Origin: Escherichia coli
GTDB lineage: Bacteria; Pseudomonadota; Gammaproteobacteria; Enterobacterales; Enterobacteriaceae
Length of the DNA stretch: 64,000 nt
Reading direction: 5' to 3' (one strand)
NCBI RefSeq assembly: GCF_024502345.1
Contig: NZ_JALDNN010000001.1
The notes under the pieces are model-generated. The model ran no database searches. It was not told the origin of the DNA and saw only the letters and a program-made list of their open reading frames with translations. Below, piece by piece: positions 29,724 to 46,920 of the stretch. Position numbers and translations under genes: made by a program. Position 1 is the stretch's first letter. Each line of letters begins with the position of its first letter.

Positions 29724-30915
29724 GCAACTCTGGCGCTGGCATGGCATAACCGGCGACGGCAATGCGCAAGATGGGATGCGATGGGCAGAGAGCCGTGCTT
29801 TGCTGCTCATGGCACTACAGCAACAGATGGTTACTCCACTAAGCCTGAAGCGAATTGCTATCAATTCTGCGCAGTGGCGAGGAGATAAAAGCGCGGAAGT
29901 CATTCATCAACTGGCGACGCTACTTAAAGCCGGGTTAACGCTTTCTGAAGGGCTGGCACTGCTGGCGGAACAGCATCCCAGTAAGCAATGGCAAGCGTTG
30001 CTGCAATCTCTGGCACACGATCTCGAACAGGGCATTGCTTTTTCCAATGCCTTATTACCCTGGTCAGAGGTATTTCCGCCACTCTATCAGGCGATGATCC
30101 GCACGGGTGAACTGACCGGTAAGCTGGATGAATGCTGCTTTGAACTGGCGCGTCAGCAAAAAGCCCAGCGTCAGTTGACCGACAAAGTGAAATCAGCGTT
30201 ACGTTATCCCATCATCATTTTAGCGATGGCAATCATGGTGGTTGTGGCAATGCTGCATTTTGTTCTGCCGGAGTTTGCCGCTATCTATAAGACCTTCAAC
30301 ACCCCACTACCGGCACTAACGCAGGGGATCATGACGCTGGCAGACTTTAGTGGCGAATGGAGCTGGCTGCTGGTGTTGTTCGGCTTTCTGCTGGCGATAG
30401 CCAATAAGTTGCTGATGCGCCGACCGACCTGGCTTATAGTGCGGCAGAAATTGCTGTTACGCATCCCGATTATGGGTTCACTGATGCGGGGACAAAAACT
30501 CACGCAGATCTTTACGATTCTGGCGCTGACACAAAGTGCAGGCATTACTTTTTTGCAGGGCGTAGAGAGCGTCAGAGAAACAATGCGCTGCCCGTACTGG
30601 GTGCAACTTCTGACACAAATCCAGCACGATATCAGTAACGGTCATCCCATCTGGCTGGCGCTAAAAAATACCGGGGAGTTTAGCCCGCTCTGTTTGCAAT
30701 TAGTGAGAACAGGAGAGGCATCCGGCTCGCTGGACCTCATGTTAGACAACCTCGCCCATCATCATCGGGATAACACAATGGCGCTGGCGGATAACCTCGC
30801 AGCCTTACTGGAACCGGCGTTGCTGATCATAACGGGAGGAATTATCGGTACGCTGGTGGTGGCGATGTATCTGCCAATTTTCCATTTAGGCGATGCGATG
30901 AGTGGGATGGGATAA
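29713..30915 (+). CDS. hofC: Type IV pilus inner-membrane platform protein (GspF/PilC family)
   Basis: 400-aa ORF overlapping hofB end; duplicated GspF-type domains. Confidence 0.9.
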   Translation: MASKQLWRWHGITGDGNAQDGMRWAESRALLLMALQQQMVTPLSLKRIAINSAQWRGDKSAEVIHQLATLLKAGLTLSEGLALLAEQHPSKQWQALLQSLAHDLEQGIAFSNALLPWSEVFPPLYQAMIRTGELTGKLDECCFELARQQKAQRQLTDKVKSALRYPIIILAMAIMVVVAMLHFVLPEFAAIYKTFNTPLPALTQGIMTLADFSGEWSWLLVLFGFLLAIANKLLMRRPTWLIVRQKLLLRIPIMGSLMRGQKLTQIFTILALTQSAGITFLQGVESVRETMRCPYWVQLLTQIQHDISNGHPIWLALKNTGEFSPLCLQLVRTGEASGSLDLMLDNLAHHHRDNTMALADNLAALLEPALLIITGGIIGTLVVAMYLPIFHLGDAMSGMG

Positions 30916-30949
30916 CGCTGGCGTGTTGCTCCACACCAGCGTTGGAAGA

Positions 30950-31993
30950 TTACAGGTTGTTGAAGATGCGGTTTTCTTGTTCCTGCACACGGATAAATGT
31001 GGTGCGCTTGGTCAGTTCTTTCAGGCGTGAAGCCCCAACGTATGTACAAGCTGAACGCAGGCCGCCCAAAATATCACGCGCGGTATTTTCAACCGGGCCT
31101 CGCAGCGGCAGCTTAACGGTTTTACCTTCTGCTGCGCGATATTCCGCAACGCCGCCAACGTGACGTTTCATCGCAGACTCGGAGCTCATGCCGTAGAACA
31201 GCATAAATTTCTCGCCGTTCTCCTCAACGATGCGACCGCCGCTCTCTTCGTGGCCCGCCAGCATGCCGCCAAGCATGACGAAATCGGCACCGCCGCCAAA
31301 GGCTTTTGCGACATCGCCCGGCGTGGTGCAGCCACCGTCGCTGACGATCATTCCGCCCAGACCGTGCGCCGCATCGGCACATTCGATTACCGCAGAAAGC
31401 TGCGGATAACCGACGCCTGTTTTGACGCGAGTTGTACAAACAGAACCTGGGCCAATGCCAACTTTAACGATATCAGCACCGGAGAGGATAAGCTCCTCAC
31501 ACATTTCACCAGTCACTACGTTGCCAGCACAAATGGTTTTGGTCGGCCACGCTTCACGCGCTTTCGCAACGAACTGCACGAAGTGTTCGGAATAACCATT
31601 CGCCACATCAATACAAACGAAGTTTAATGCCGGGTTCAGGTCGAGAATCTGTTTAGTTTTTTCGAAATCCGCATCAGACGTACCGGTAGAAACCATCACA
31701 TGTTTCAGCACATCAGCGGAAGAATTGTTGATAAACGCTTGCCACTCTTCGACAGAATAGTGTTTATGCACAGCAGTCAAAATATCAAAAGAAGCCAGCG
31801 CAGAGGCCATAGAAAATGTACCTACGGTGTCCATATTTGCGGCGATAATCGGCACGCCGGACCAGCTCTGACCTGAATGTTTGAAGGTGAATTGACGTTC
31901 CAGTTCAACATCGGAACGGCTTTTAAGAGTGGAGCGTTTAGGGCGGATGAGAACGTCTTTAAAACCTAACTTCAGATCTTCTTCAATACGCAT
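30950..31993 (-). CDS. guaC: GMP reductase
   Basis: 347-aa [24 protein letters not shown]; IMPDH/GMPR catalytic Cys loop. Confidence 0.95.
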
Positions 31994-32217
31994 GTGCGGA
32001 TTCCTGGGGTTAATGGCTATAAGGGTAAGAGCGCAACTCCAGTGACGCTATCATACGCACTAATCAATGCGGCGCAAGACTGCGAAATTGTCTTTTTTTA
32101 CGCTACAATCCCATAAATTTACCTGGTAAATAGTGAGCGAACGTTTCATCAATTTCGCTTTCGTGCGCTCATTTTTAACGTTTTGATAATCATGATGAAT
32201 TCCCGGGAATATAAATT

Positions 32218-32838
32218 ATGAGGTATATAGTTGCCTTAACGGGAGGCATTGGCAGTGGCAAGAGTACCGTTGCCAATGCGTTTGCTGATCTCGGAATTAA
32301 CGTCATTGATGCCGATATTATTGCGCGTCAGGTGGTTGAACCAGGCGCACCTGCGCTACATGCCATTGCTGATCACTTTGGCGCTAACATGATTGCTGCT
32401 GATGGAACATTGCAGCGCCGGGCCTTGCGCGAGCGGATCTTCGCCAACCCGGAAGAGAAAAACTGGCTTAACGCCCTGCTGCATCCGCTGATTCAGCAAG
32501 AGACGCAACACCAGATCCAGCAAGCAACTTCCCCCTATGTACTGTGGGTTGTGCCATTGCTGGTAGAAAACTCACTGTATAAAAAAGCGAATCGAGTGCT
32601 GGTGGTGGATGTCAGCCCAGAAACGCAACTTAAGCGCACCATGCAGCGCGATGATGTAACTCGCGAGCATGTCGAACAAATCCTTGCTGCTCAGGCAACG
32701 CGCGAAGCCCGCCTTGCCGTGGCAGATGACGTCATTGATAATAACGGCGCACCGGATGCTATCGCATCGGATGTTGCCCGCCTGCACGCACACTATTTGC
32801 AGCTTGCGTCGCAGTTTGTCTCACAGGAAAAACCGTAA
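32218..32838 (+). CDS. coaE: Dephospho-CoA kinase
   Basis: 206-aa ORF with P-loop GGIGSGKST. Confidence 0.92.
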
Positions 32839-33581
32839 TGCAGACCCAGGTCCTTTTTGAACATCCACTAAATGAAAAAATGCGTACATGGCTGCGCATT
32901 GAGTTTTTGATTCAGCAACTCACCGTTAATTTACCCATCGTTGACCACGCTGGCGCGCTGCATTTCTTCCGTAATGTCAGTGAATTACTGGATGTTTTCG
33001 AGCGCGGCGAAGTCCGCACTGAGCTGTTGAAAGAACTTGACCGGCAGCAACGTAAACTCCAGACCTGGATTGGCGTGCCTGGCGTGGACCAGAGCCGTAT
33101 TGAAGCATTAATTCAGCAGTTAAAAGCGGCGGGGAGCGTATTAATCTCCGCGCCGCGTATCGGGCAATTTCTACGTGAAGATCGTTTGATTGCTCTGGTG
33201 CGTCAGCGACTGAGCATCCCAGGCGGCTGTTGCAGCTTTGATTTACCAACATTGCACATTTGGCTGCATCTACCCCAGGCGCAGCGCGACAGCCAGGTAG
33301 AAACCTGGATTGCCAGCCTGAACCCGCTCACCCAGGCACTTACCATGGTGCTGGATTTAATTCGCCAGTCGGCCCCCTTCCGTAAACAAACCAGCCTGAA
33401 TGGTTTTTATCAGGATAACGGTGGCGATGCCGACTTGCTGCGCCTGAATCTGTCGCTCGATTCACAGCTTTATCCGCAAATTTCCGGACATAAGAGCCGT
33501 TTTGCCATTCGTTTTATGCCGCTGGACACTGAAAACGGACAGGTACCGGAACGTCTGGATTTCGAACTGGCCTGTTGCTAA
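32838..33581 (+). CDS. zapD: Cell division protein ZapD
   Basis: 247-aa ORF sharing stop/start nucleotide with coaE. Confidence 0.9.
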
Positions 33582-33590
33582 GGAGTAAAA

Positions 33591-33788
33591 ATGTCAGAAA
33601 CTATTACGGTGAATTGCCCAACCTGCGGGAAAACGGTGGTGTGGGGTGAAATCAGCCCGTTTCGGCCATTTTGCTCCAAACGTTGTCAGCTGATCGACCT
33701 CGGAGAATGGGCTGCTGAAGAAAAACGAATCCCCAGCAGTGGCGATCTTTCCGAAAGCGATGACTGGAGCGAAGAACCAAAGCAGTGA
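33591..33788 (+). CDS. yacG: DNA gyrase inhibitor YacG (zinc finger)
   Basis: 65-aa ORF with CPTCGK ... CSKRC zinc-binding cysteines. Confidence 0.88.
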
Positions 33789-33877
33789 CATTTGTCTGAT
33801 GCCGCACGTAGGCCTGATAAGACGCGGACAGCGTCGCATCAGGCATCGTGTGCAAATGTTGGATGCGGCATAAACGC
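33789..33877. repeat. REP/BIME-type repetitive extragenic palindrome between yacG and mutT
   Basis: GCCTGATGCGACGCTG...CGCGTCTTATCAGGCCTAC-type imperfect palindromes typical of enterobacterial REP. Confidence 0.6.
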
Positions 33878-34276
33878 CTATCCGACATACACACGCTTAA
33901 GCTTCGCAATTACCGGTTCATTGGCTGGCGGAAAATCATCGGCATTAAGACCGACTAGCGACATCCACTCACCGGGTTGCCCTTCTTTACCCCACGGCTC
34001 CCCTTCCCAGCTTTCGACCAGCCAGAACCACAGAGTTATATGCCTGTCCGGGAATTCATATTCCAGTTTTTCAAATAGCGAAAAATGTTGTGGGGTAATC
34101 CCGACTTCTTCCTGAAGTTCACGCACCACCGCCTGTTCCGGCGTTTCACCCATTTCAATTTTACCGCCGGGAAACTCCAGTTTATTCGCCATGTGCGCAT
34201 CTGCTGCGCGACGCGTTATAAAGATTTCATTTTTCTCGTTGCGAATAATACCTACCGCAATTTGCAGCTTTTTCAT
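33878..34276 (-). CDS. mutT: 8-oxo-dGTP diphosphatase MutT (Nudix)
   Basis: 132-aa ORF with Nudix box GGKIEMGETPEQAVVRELQEEVG. Confidence 0.92.
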   Translation of the reverse strand: MKKLQIAVGIIRNEKNEIFITRRAADAHMANKLEFPGGKIEMGETPEQAVVRELQEEVGITPQHFSLFEKLEYEFPDRHITLWFWLVESWEGEPWGKEGQPGEWMSLVGLNADDFPPANEPVIAKLKRVYVG

Positions 34277-34335
34277 TGTCTTAAACCTATAAAAAAGGCG
34301 CAGAATCCTGCGCCTTTTACTTCAACAGTTAGCTT

Positions 34336-37041
34336 TTATTGCAGGCGGCCATGGCACTGCTTGTATTTTTTACCAGAACCGCACGGGCAAGGATCGTTAC
34401 GTCCTACTTTGCGCTCACCGGTTTGCGCCGCCAGTGCAGCTGCGGCTGCAGAGTCGTCATCCTGATGGCTAAGCTGCTGCATTTGCGCTAAACGCTCGGC
34501 TTCCATACGACGCTGTTGTTCCAGCTCCTCAACCTCTTCAGGCATACGTACCTGAACTTTGCTCAGCGTACTGATAACTTCATATTTCAACGACTCCAGC
34601 ATCGCTGCAAACATGGAGAACGATTCACGTTTGTATTCCTGCTTCGGATCTTTCTGTGCATAGCCACGCAGGTGGATACCCTGACGCAGATAGTCCATCG
34701 CTGCCAGGTGCTCTTTCCACAGGGAGTCAAGCGTTTGCAGCATGACGCCTTTCTCGAAGTGACGCATCATCTCAGCACCAACCACTTCTTCTTTACGCTG
34801 ATACACTTCGATGGACTGCGCCAGAATGCGCTCACGCAGCGTCTCTTCATGCAGTTCTGGTTCTTTATCCAGCCACTCGGCAATTGGCAAATCGAGGTCG
34901 AAATCGTTCTTCAGACGTTCCTGCAGCCCCGGAATATCCCAAATTTCTTCCAGCGACTGTGGTGGAATGTAGGCATCAATGGTCGCTTTGAACACATCTT
35001 CACGAATGCTGTTAATGGTTTCGCTCACATCGCTAACATCCAGCAATTCGTTACGCTGGGAGTAAATGGCGCGACGCTGATCGTTAGCCACGTCATCATA
35101 TTCCAGCAGTTGCTTACGAATGTCGAAGTTACGGCTTTCAACTTTACGCTGGGCGTTAGCAATCGCTTTGGTCACCCACGGGTGTTCAATGGCTTCGCCT
35201 GGCTTCATACCCAGTTTACGCATCATGCCGGATACTCGGTCGGAAGCAAAAATACGCATCAGCGCATCTTCCATCGACAGGTAGAAACGGGAAGAACCAG
35301 CATCCCCCTGACGACCAGAACGACCGCGCAACTGGTTATCGATACGACGGGATTCGTGACGCTCGGTACCGATGATATGCAGGCCACCTGCTGCCAGTAC
35401 CGCATCGTGACGTACCTGCCAGTCGGCTTTAATTTTTTCAATTTGCTCTGCGGTCGGATTTTCCAGCGCGGCAACTTCTGCCTGCCAGCTACCACCGAGC
35501 ACAATATCTGTACCACGACCCGCCATGTTGGTCGCGATAGTCACCGCAGCCGGATAACCTGCCTGAGCAACAATCGCCGCTTCGTTGGCGTGGAATTTGG
35601 CGTTCAGGACATTGTGCTTAATACCGGCTTTGGTCAGTTCGTTTGACACCAGCTCCGATTTTTCGATGGAGATAGTACCCACCAGCACCGGCTGGCCTTT
35701 CGCAGTACGTTCTTTGATATCTTCAATGATCGCCTGAATTTTTTCCGCTTCAGTCATGTAGACCAGGTCCGGCAGATCTTTACGAATCATTGGACGGTTG
35801 GTCGGAACAACGACGGTATCCAGTTTGTAGATGGAGCTAAATTCGAAAGCTTCGGTATCAGCAGTACCAGTCATCCCCGCCAGTTTTTCATACAGACGGA
35901 AGTAGTTCTGGAAGGTGATCGAAGCCAGCGTTTGGTTTTCGTTCTGGATCTGCACACCTTCTTTCGCTTCCACAGCCTGGTGCAGACCATCGGACCAGCG
36001 ACGGCCCTGCATGGTACGACCGGTGTGTTCGTCAACGATGATAACTTCACCATCTTTAACGATGTAGTCGACGTCACGGGTAAACAGCGCATGAGCGCGC
36101 AGCGCCGCCGTTACGTGGTGCATCAGCATGATGTTGGCCGGAGAGTACAGAGACTCCCCTTCATCCATGATGCCTTCTTTAACCAGCAGTTCTTCAATCA
36201 GCACCAGACCACGTTCGGTCAGGTTCACCTGGCGAGATTTTTCATCCACCGAGAAGTGGCCTTCACCCTGGAAGGTTTCGGAGTCTTCTTTTTCCTGACG
36301 GATCAGGTGCGGAATAATTTTATTCACGCGTTTATACATTTCCGAGCTGTCTTCTGCCGGGCCGGAAATGATCAGCGGTGTACGCGCTTCATCGATCAGG
36401 ATGGAGTCCACTTCGTCCACCAGCGCATAGTGCAGTTTACGCTGTACACGTTCTTCAGGGCTGAACGCCATGTTGTCGCGCAGGTAGTCAAAGCCGTATT
36501 CGTTGTTCGTACCGTAAGTGATGTCAGCTGCGTAAGCTTCGCGCTTTGCCGGTGCTGGCATGCCCGGCAGGTTGATACCGACAGTCAGGCCAAGGAATTC
36601 AAACAGCGGACGGTTGTTTTCGGCGTCACGTTGCGCCAGGTAGTCGTTGACGGTAACTACATGCACGCCTTTACCGGTTAGTGCGTTCAGGTAAGCAGGC
36701 AGCGTTGCGGTCAGGGTTTTACCTTCACCGGTACGCATTTCGGCGATGCAGCGTTCGTTAAGAACCATACCGCCGAGTAACTGAACGTCGAAGTGACGCA
36801 TACCAAAGACGCGCTTACTTGCCTCACGTACCACGGCGAAAGCTTCCGGGATCAGATTTTCCAGCACTTCGCCTTTTTCCAGACGTGCACGAAACTCTGC
36901 GGTTTTCCCTTTCAGTTCTTCGTCGGAGAGTTTTTCCATCTCCGGTTCCATGGCATTGATGATGTTGACCACTTTGCGCATCCGGCGCAGGGTGCGATCG
37001 TTACGACTACCGAAAACTTTAGTTAATAATTTGATTAGCAT
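34336..37041 (-). CDS. secA: Preprotein translocase ATPase SecA
   Basis: 901-aa ORF; C-terminal zinc-binding [14 protein letters not shown]. Confidence 0.97.
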   Translation of the reverse strand: MLIKLLTKVFGSRNDRTLRRMRKVVNIINAMEPEMEKLSDEELKGKTAEFRARLEKGEVLENLIPEAFAVVREASKRVFGMRHFDVQLLGGMVLNERCIAEMRTGEGKTLTATLPAYLNALTGKGVHVVTVNDYLAQRDAENNRPLFEFLGLTVGINLPGMPAPAKREAYAADITYGTNNEYGFDYLRDNMAFSPEERVQRKLHYALVDEVDSILIDEARTPLIISGPAEDSSEMYKRVNKIIPHLIRQEKEDSETFQGEGHFSVDEKSRQVNLTERGLVLIEELLVKEGIMDEGESLYSPANIMLMHHVTAALRAHALFTRDVDYIVKDGEVIIVDEHTGRTMQGRRWSDGLHQAVEAKEGVQIQNENQTLASITFQNYFRLYEKLAGMTGTADTEAFEFSSIYKLDTVVVPTNRPMIRKDLPDLVYMTEAEKIQAIIEDIKERTAKGQPVLVGTISIEKSELVSNELTKAGIKHNVLNAKFHANEAAIVAQAGYPAAVTIATNMAGRGTDIVLGGSWQAEVAALENPTAEQIEKIKADWQVRHDAVLAAGGLHIIGTERHESRRIDNQLRGRSGRQGDAGSSRFYLSMEDALMRIFASDRVSGMMRKLGMKPGEAIEHPWVTKAIANAQRKVESRNFDIRKQLLEYDDVANDQRRAIYSQRNELLDVSDVSETINSIREDVFKATIDAYIPPQSLEEIWDIPGLQERLKNDFDLDLPIAEWLDKEPELHEETLRERILAQSIEVYQRKEEVVGAEMMRHFEKGVMLQTLDSLWKEHLAAMDYLRQGIHLRGYAQKDPKQEYKRESFSMFAAMLESLKYEVISTLSKVQVRMPEEVEELEQQRRMEAERLAQMQQLSHQDDDSAAAAALAAQTGERKVGRNDPCPCGSGKKYKQCHGRLQ

Positions 37042-37102
37042 AATAAAATCTCAAACGCCCCGCGTTGCGGAGTTAATAAAATGAAGTAAAGGTTTATTGT
37101 TG

Positions 37103-37783
<681 letters not shown>

Positions 37784-37845
37784 TCACCTGGCCGGAGAGA
37801 GTGCCAGATTTGCCAGTCGAATTTTATACGACAGTATAAATGTCG

Positions 37846-38784
<939 letters not shown>

Positions 38785-38863
38785 CTATCCAACCGAAGTG
38801 TACTATACATTCGGCGGGCCAGTTTAGCACAAAGAGCCTCGAAACCCAAATTCCAGTCAATTC

Positions 38864-40015
38864 TTAATCAGCTTGCTTACGCAGGAATGCTGGGATATCC
38901 AGATAATCCGGCTCTTTCGCAGTTTGCGGCGCATTGTCATTCACGACTTTAGCAACCGGCTTCTGCTCCTGGGTCAGCGGAGCCATCCCGTGCTGCTGGT
39001 AGCGATCCATCACTGGCTGCTGAACCTGCTTATTGGTCACCAGAGTGATTTCAGGACGTTTGTCCATGCCGATACCTGTCGCAACAACAGTTACGCGCAG
39101 CTCGTCATTCATATCCGGGTCAAGAGAAGTACCGATAACCACGGTCGCGTTGTCGGAAGCAAATGCACGGATGGTGTTACCTACCGTTTCGAACTCATCC
39201 AGACGCAGGTCGAAGCCCGCTGTGATGTTAACCAGCACGCCGCGTGCGCCAGACAGGTCGATATCTTCCAGCAGCGGAGAAGAGATAGCCATTTCAGCAG
39301 CTTCTTCCGCACGGTCTTCACCGCTCGCCACGCCAGAACCCATCATTGCGTAGCCCATTTCAGACATTACGGTGCGTACGTCTGCAAAGTCCACGTTCAT
39401 CAAACCCGGACGAGTAATCAGTTCAGCGATACCTTGCACAGCGCCTTTCAGTACATCGTTCGCTGCGCCAAACGCATCCAGCAGGGAGATACCGCGGCCC
39501 AGAACTTTCAGCAGTTTGTCGTTCGGGATAGTGATCAGAGAGTCCACATGCTTGGACAGTTCAGTGATCCCCTGCTCCGCGAATGCCATACGCTTCTTGC
39601 CTTCAAAGTTGAAAGGCTTAGTGACGACAGCAACGGTCAGGATACCCAAATCTTTTGCCACTTCAGCGACGACTGGTGCTGCACCTGTACCGGTACCACC
39701 ACCCATACCCGCAGCAATAAAGACCATGTCTGCACCTTCCAGCGCCGCACGCAATGCATCGCGATCCTCATCAGCCGCATTGCGGCCAACTTCTGGATTA
39801 GCGCCAGCGCCCAGTCCTTTGGTGATACCGCTACCGATTTGAATCGTCTGTCCAACCGCTGTTTTACGCAGCGCTTGTGCATCGGTATTTACCGCGAAGA
39901 ATTCAACACCTTCAATGCGCTCGCGCACCATGTGTTCAACAGCATTACCGCCGCCGCCGCCGACGCCGATGACTTTAATCACCGCGTCATTGGTAAGTTC
40001 CATTGGTTCAAACAT
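38864..40015 (-). CDS. ftsZ: Cell division GTPase FtsZ
   Basis: 383-aa ORF with tubulin signature GGGTGTG. Confidence 0.97.
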
Positions 40016-40075
40016 AGTTTCTCTCCGATTTGTGCCTGTCGCCTGAGGCCGTAATCATCGTCGGCCTCATAAAAA

Positions 40076-41338
40076 TTAAAACTCTTTTCGCAGCCAACTA
40101 TTGAGTCGCTTGATCCACGAGCCAACTGATGCTGTAACACGTTTTTCTACTTCAGCTTCACCGTTAAGATGTGACTCTTTCCCATAGTGAAGCAATCCCA
40201 CCGCCGTCGAATAATACGGCTCCTGAGCATAATCCGTTAAACCGGTAATGTTCAGCGGCGCGCCGATACGCACTTGCGTATGAAACACGCGCTGAGCACA
40301 GGCTGCAAGACCTTCGATCTGCGCTGCGCCACCGGTTAATACAATGCCTGCCGCCAGGTGATGTTTAACCCCTTGTTGGCGAAGCTTTTCCTGCAACTGC
40401 AATATCTCTTCGTTGACCAGGTTGAGCAGCTCGGTATAGCGCGGCTCGATCACCTCTGCCAGGGTCTGACGTTGCAGACTCCGCGGCGGACGACCGCCTA
40501 CGCTCGGCACTTCCACGCTCTCATCTTTTCCAACGATGGAACCCAGCGCACAACCGTGGCGAACTTTAATCGCTTCGGCGTCGCTTGGCGGCGTGCCAAA
40601 GGCGTAAGCGATATCACTGGTCACGACATTGCCAGCATAAGGAATTACCTTAGTGTGGCGCAATGCCCCACCGGTATAAACGGCGATATCCATTGTACCA
40701 CCACCGATATCGACGACGCAGACACCCAGTTCACGTTCATCTTCCGTCAATACCGAATAACTTGATGCCAGTCCGGCAAATATCAGTTGGTCAACTTTCA
40801 GCCCACAACGTTCAACCGCTTTGACGATGTTTTTCGCCATATCGTTGTGACATGTGATCAGGTGCACTTTTGCCTGCATCCGCACGCCCGAAAGTCCTAC
40901 CGGATTCTTGATCCCTTCCTGATAGTCAATCGCATACTCTTGCGGGATCACATGCAGCACACGATGCTCATCGCGCACACGCACCGATTTCGCGGTATGG
41001 ACGACGTTTTCCACATCTTCTTGCGTTACTTCTTCTTCAGAAATAGGCACCATACCAATTTCATTCTGGCAGCTGATATGCTTACCAGAAAGCGCCAGAT
41101 ATACCGAAGAGATCTGACAATCTGCCATCAATTCTGCCTGGTCAATGGCGCGCTGTACGCACTTGACCACGGATTCGAGGTCGTTCACCCCGCCTTTATC
41201 CATACCACGCGACGGGCAGCTGCCCACGCCAATGATATTGACCATACCGTCGGGCAGAACTTCCCCTACTAAAGCGGCAACCTTCGCGGTACCAATCTCC
41301 AGTCCTACTACCAGTTTTCTGTCCGTCGCCTTGATCAT
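40076..41338 (-). CDS. ftsA: Cell division protein FtsA
   Basis: 420-aa actin-like ATPase ORF. Confidence 0.97.
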   Translation of the reverse strand: MIKATDRKLVVGLEIGTAKVAALVGEVLPDGMVNIIGVGSCPSRGMDKGGVNDLESVVKCVQRAIDQAELMADCQISSVYLALSGKHISCQNEIGMVPISEEEVTQEDVENVVHTAKSVRVRDEHRVLHVIPQEYAIDYQEGIKNPVGLSGVRMQAKVHLITCHNDMAKNIVKAVERCGLKVDQLIFAGLASSYSVLTEDERELGVCVVDIGGGTMDIAVYTGGALRHTKVIPYAGNVVTSDIAYAFGTPPSDAEAIKVRHGCALGSIVGKDESVEVPSVGGRPPRSLQRQTLAEVIEPRYTELLNLVNEEILQLQEKLRQQGVKHHLAAGIVLTGGAAQIEGLAACAQRVFHTQVRIGAPLNITGLTDYAQEPYYSTAVGLLHYGKESHLNGEAEVEKRVTASVGSWIKRLNSWLRKEF

Positions 41339-42165
41339 TGTTGTTCTGCCTGTGCCTGATTTTGTTGCTGAGTAGATTCCTCTGGCGGCAAGGGCGCCCA
41401 GCCTACTGCCGCTCCAGAGTCATAACGCAAATCAACGTAGCTAATCCGTTTGCCATCGGTTTGCGCCTGCTGCTGTAAAACCGGATAAAGTTCTACAAAG
41501 CGAGCCAAACGTTTCATCGTATCGCCCCGGCCAAGATTGAGCTTAATATCGTTATTCAGCGTCAACTGCCAGGAACGCCGCGCGGTCATCGCCGCTTCCT
41601 TCAGAGTAAATCTGTCCTTTGCCAGCATCTGCCCCATTTCGCGATAGCCCTGCAACACTTCATTAGCGCTGCCTTCCGGGCCATACAGCATTGGAAGCAC
41701 CTGCTTGCTGGTGCGATCTGGCGGCACGCTGAAGGTGTTTCCTTCCGCGTCTACCATGTGTTGATCATTCCACCGCGCAATCGGCACATATTCAACCAGA
41801 TGAATCTTCAATTCATCAGGCCACTGCTTTCTGACGCTCACCTGCTTAATCCACGGCAGGCGTTGTTCTATTTGCGTCTGGATGATGTTGACATCCTGGG
41901 TCATAAAGGTACCCGGCTCACCCAATGCCAGGATCGACTGCCGGATATCGTCATTACGCGTGTAATGGCGTTCACCGGTCAACACCAGCTTTGAGAGCGG
42001 CAGGCGTTGCGCATCTTCCATCCAGCCCAACACGACCCAGCCGCTCACCAACACTGTCGTTAAAACGGTCAGCAGGAAAAGGATCCCCGCCAGACGCGTT
42101 CCATTATTGCGGCGAGAAGAAACCTCTTCTTCGCTGTTTCGCGTGTTCAGAGCAGCCTGCGACAT
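41335..42165 (-). CDS. ftsQ: Cell division protein FtsQ
   Basis: 276-aa ORF with single TM, overlapping ftsA start. Confidence 0.92.
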   Translation of the reverse strand: MSQAALNTRNSEEEVSSRRNNGTRLAGILFLLTVLTTVLVSGWVVLGWMEDAQRLPLSKLVLTGERHYTRNDDIRQSILALGEPGTFMTQDVNIIQTQIEQRLPWIKQVSVRKQWPDELKIHLVEYVPIARWNDQHMVDAEGNTFSVPPDRTSKQVLPMLYGPEGSANEVLQGYREMGQMLAKDRFTLKEAAMTARRSWQLTLNNDIKLNLGRGDTMKRLARFVELYPVLQQQAQTDGKRISYVDLRYDSGAAVGWAPLPPEESTQQQNQAQAEQQ

Positions 42166-42166
42166 A

Positions 42167-44555
<2,389 letters not shown>

Positions 44556-44608
44556 TCTTTACGCCATTAACTTCTTAAATTCATACGATGCAAAAGGCAT
44601 CGCTACAA

Positions 44609-45676
44609 TTACGCCCGGGCAGCCCGGCTCACTTCATTTGCCACTCGCTCGGTGGCATCCGGAATGGATGCAGCGCGGGCGCGTTCTGCCATGGTTAATA
44701 AGGTTTCTCGCGACCACCCGGCCAGGGTGTTGGCGACAGCATCCACGCTAAGCTGTGGCTGCTCGATAATTTTGGCTGCGCCCGCTTTTTCCAGCGGTAG
44801 CGCATTCCAGTATTGCTGGCGGTCTTTATGTTGAAACGGCACAAACAACGCCGGTAGTCCTGCCGCGGCGATTTCACTCACCGTTAAAGCACCGGAGCGG
44901 CAAACGACGACATCCGCCCACGCATACGCCGCCGCCATATCATCAATAAATTCCGTCACTTTATGCTGCGGTTGCCCCGCTTCGGCATACGCCTGTTCAA
45001 CGGATTGTTGCGAACCTTTACCGCTCTGATGCCAGATAGTGACTGAATCACCCAGTTTCGCAGCAACCTGCGGCATTGTCTGGTTAAGAATGCGTGCGCC
45101 CTGGGAACCACCCACTACCAGCACACGAACCGGACCTTCACGTCCAGCCAAACGTTGCTGCGGCAACGGCAGCGCCAGCACATCGGTACGCACCGGGTTA
45201 CCCACCACTTCCGCATTAGGGAAAGCGCCTGGAAACGCCTGCATCACTTTGGTGGCAATCTTCGCCAGCCATTTATTGGTTAAGCCCGCAATACCGTTTT
45301 GTTCATGAAGTACAACCGGAATGCCTAACGACCACGCGGCCAGACCACCTGGACCTGATACATAGCCGCCCATACCGAGTACCACGTCAGGTTTGTACGC
45401 TTTCATAATCGCCCGCGCCTGACGCCAGGCGTTGAAGATACGCAGCGGCGCAGCTATCAGTGCTTTTATACCTTTTCCACGCAGACCAGAGATACGAATG
45501 AAATCAATTTCGATGCCATGTTTTGGCACTAAGTCCGCTTCCATACGGTCGGCAGTCCCCAGCCAGCGAACTTGCCAACCCTGAGCCATTAGATGGTGCG
45601 CAACCGCCAGTCCCGGGAATACATGTCCACCGGTTCCGCCTGCCATCACCATTAATCGCTTTCCTTGACCACTCAT
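44609..45676 (-). CDS. murG: Undecaprenyl-PP-MurNAc-pentapeptide UDP-GlcNAc transferase
   Basis: 355-aa ORF, G-loop GGTGGHVFP. Confidence 0.95.
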
Positions 45677-46920
45677 CGTGAACCTCGTACAAACGCCTGC
45701 GCTTTCTCCAGACGCGTTTCATAATCAATACGCAACAGCATCATGATGGCTGTCGACATAATCAGTAAGCTCGAACCACCGTAACTGATCAGCGGCAATG
45801 TCAGACCTTTGGTCGGTAACATCCCCGCCGCCGCGCCTACGTTAACCAGCGCCTGGAAGCTAAACCAGATGCCAATAGAACAGGCGAGAAAACCGGAAAA
45901 ACGGTGGTCAATTTCTAACGCTTTGCGGCCAATCGACATCGCGCGAAAAGCGACGAAGAATACCATTAAAAGTGCCAGCACCACACCGACATACCCCAGT
46001 TCTTCGCCGATAATGGCGAAAATAAAGTCAGTGTGCGCTTCCGGCAGATACTCCAGTTTTTGTACCGAGTTACCTAAACCTTGTCCCCAAAGTTCGCCGC
46101 GACCAAACGCCATCAGCGATTGCGTTAACTGATAGCCGCTGCCAAAGGGATCTTCCCACGGGTTCCAGAATGCGGTAACACGGCGGATACGGTACGGTTC
46201 GGCGAGTATCAGCAACACAACCGCTGAAATGCCCATACCGATAATGGCAATGAACTGCCACAATTTCGCTCCCGCCAGGAACAACATCGCCAGCGTAGTC
46301 ACAAACAACACCACCACCGTACCAAGGTCTGGCTGTGCCAGCAGTAACACTGCCAACACCAGAATCACGCCCATCGGTTTCAGGAAGCCGCGCAGGTTAT
46401 TACGTACTTCGTCGCCTTTACGCACCAGATAGTTGGCGATATAACAAAACAGCGACAGTTTTGTCAGCTCCGCAGGCTGGATACGCAGCAAACCGAGATC
46501 GATCCAACGCGATGCCCCTTTAACCGAGCTACCCACTACCAGCACGATCATCAGCAGGATGATAGATCCGAGCAGCATCGTGGCACTGTAGCGTTGCCAG
46601 AACTCCATCGGCAGACGCAGCGTAATGATCGCCAGAATGAATGCCAGGATCAGATAGACGCCATCACGCTTCGCGAAGAAGAACGGATCGTTGGTTAAGC
46701 GTTGCCCTATGGGCATTGACGCCGAGGTCACCATGATAAAGCCAATCGCCGCAAGGCCGAAGGTCAGCCACAGTAAGGTGCGATCGTACATGATCAGGCT
46801 GTCGGTATCTTTTTCCCGCGAGCCCATCACCCAGCCTTTTAGCGCCGTGGAGATCCAGACCAGGATACTGAATCCTGGCAGGCGCGGCATTTTCAGGCGA
46901 GGGAGAGATAAACGCATCAA
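45673..46920 (-). CDS. ftsW: Peptidoglycan glycosyltransferase FtsW (SEDS family)
   Basis: Polytopic membrane ORF in ftsW position; exact start uncertain by a few codons. Confidence 0.9.
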
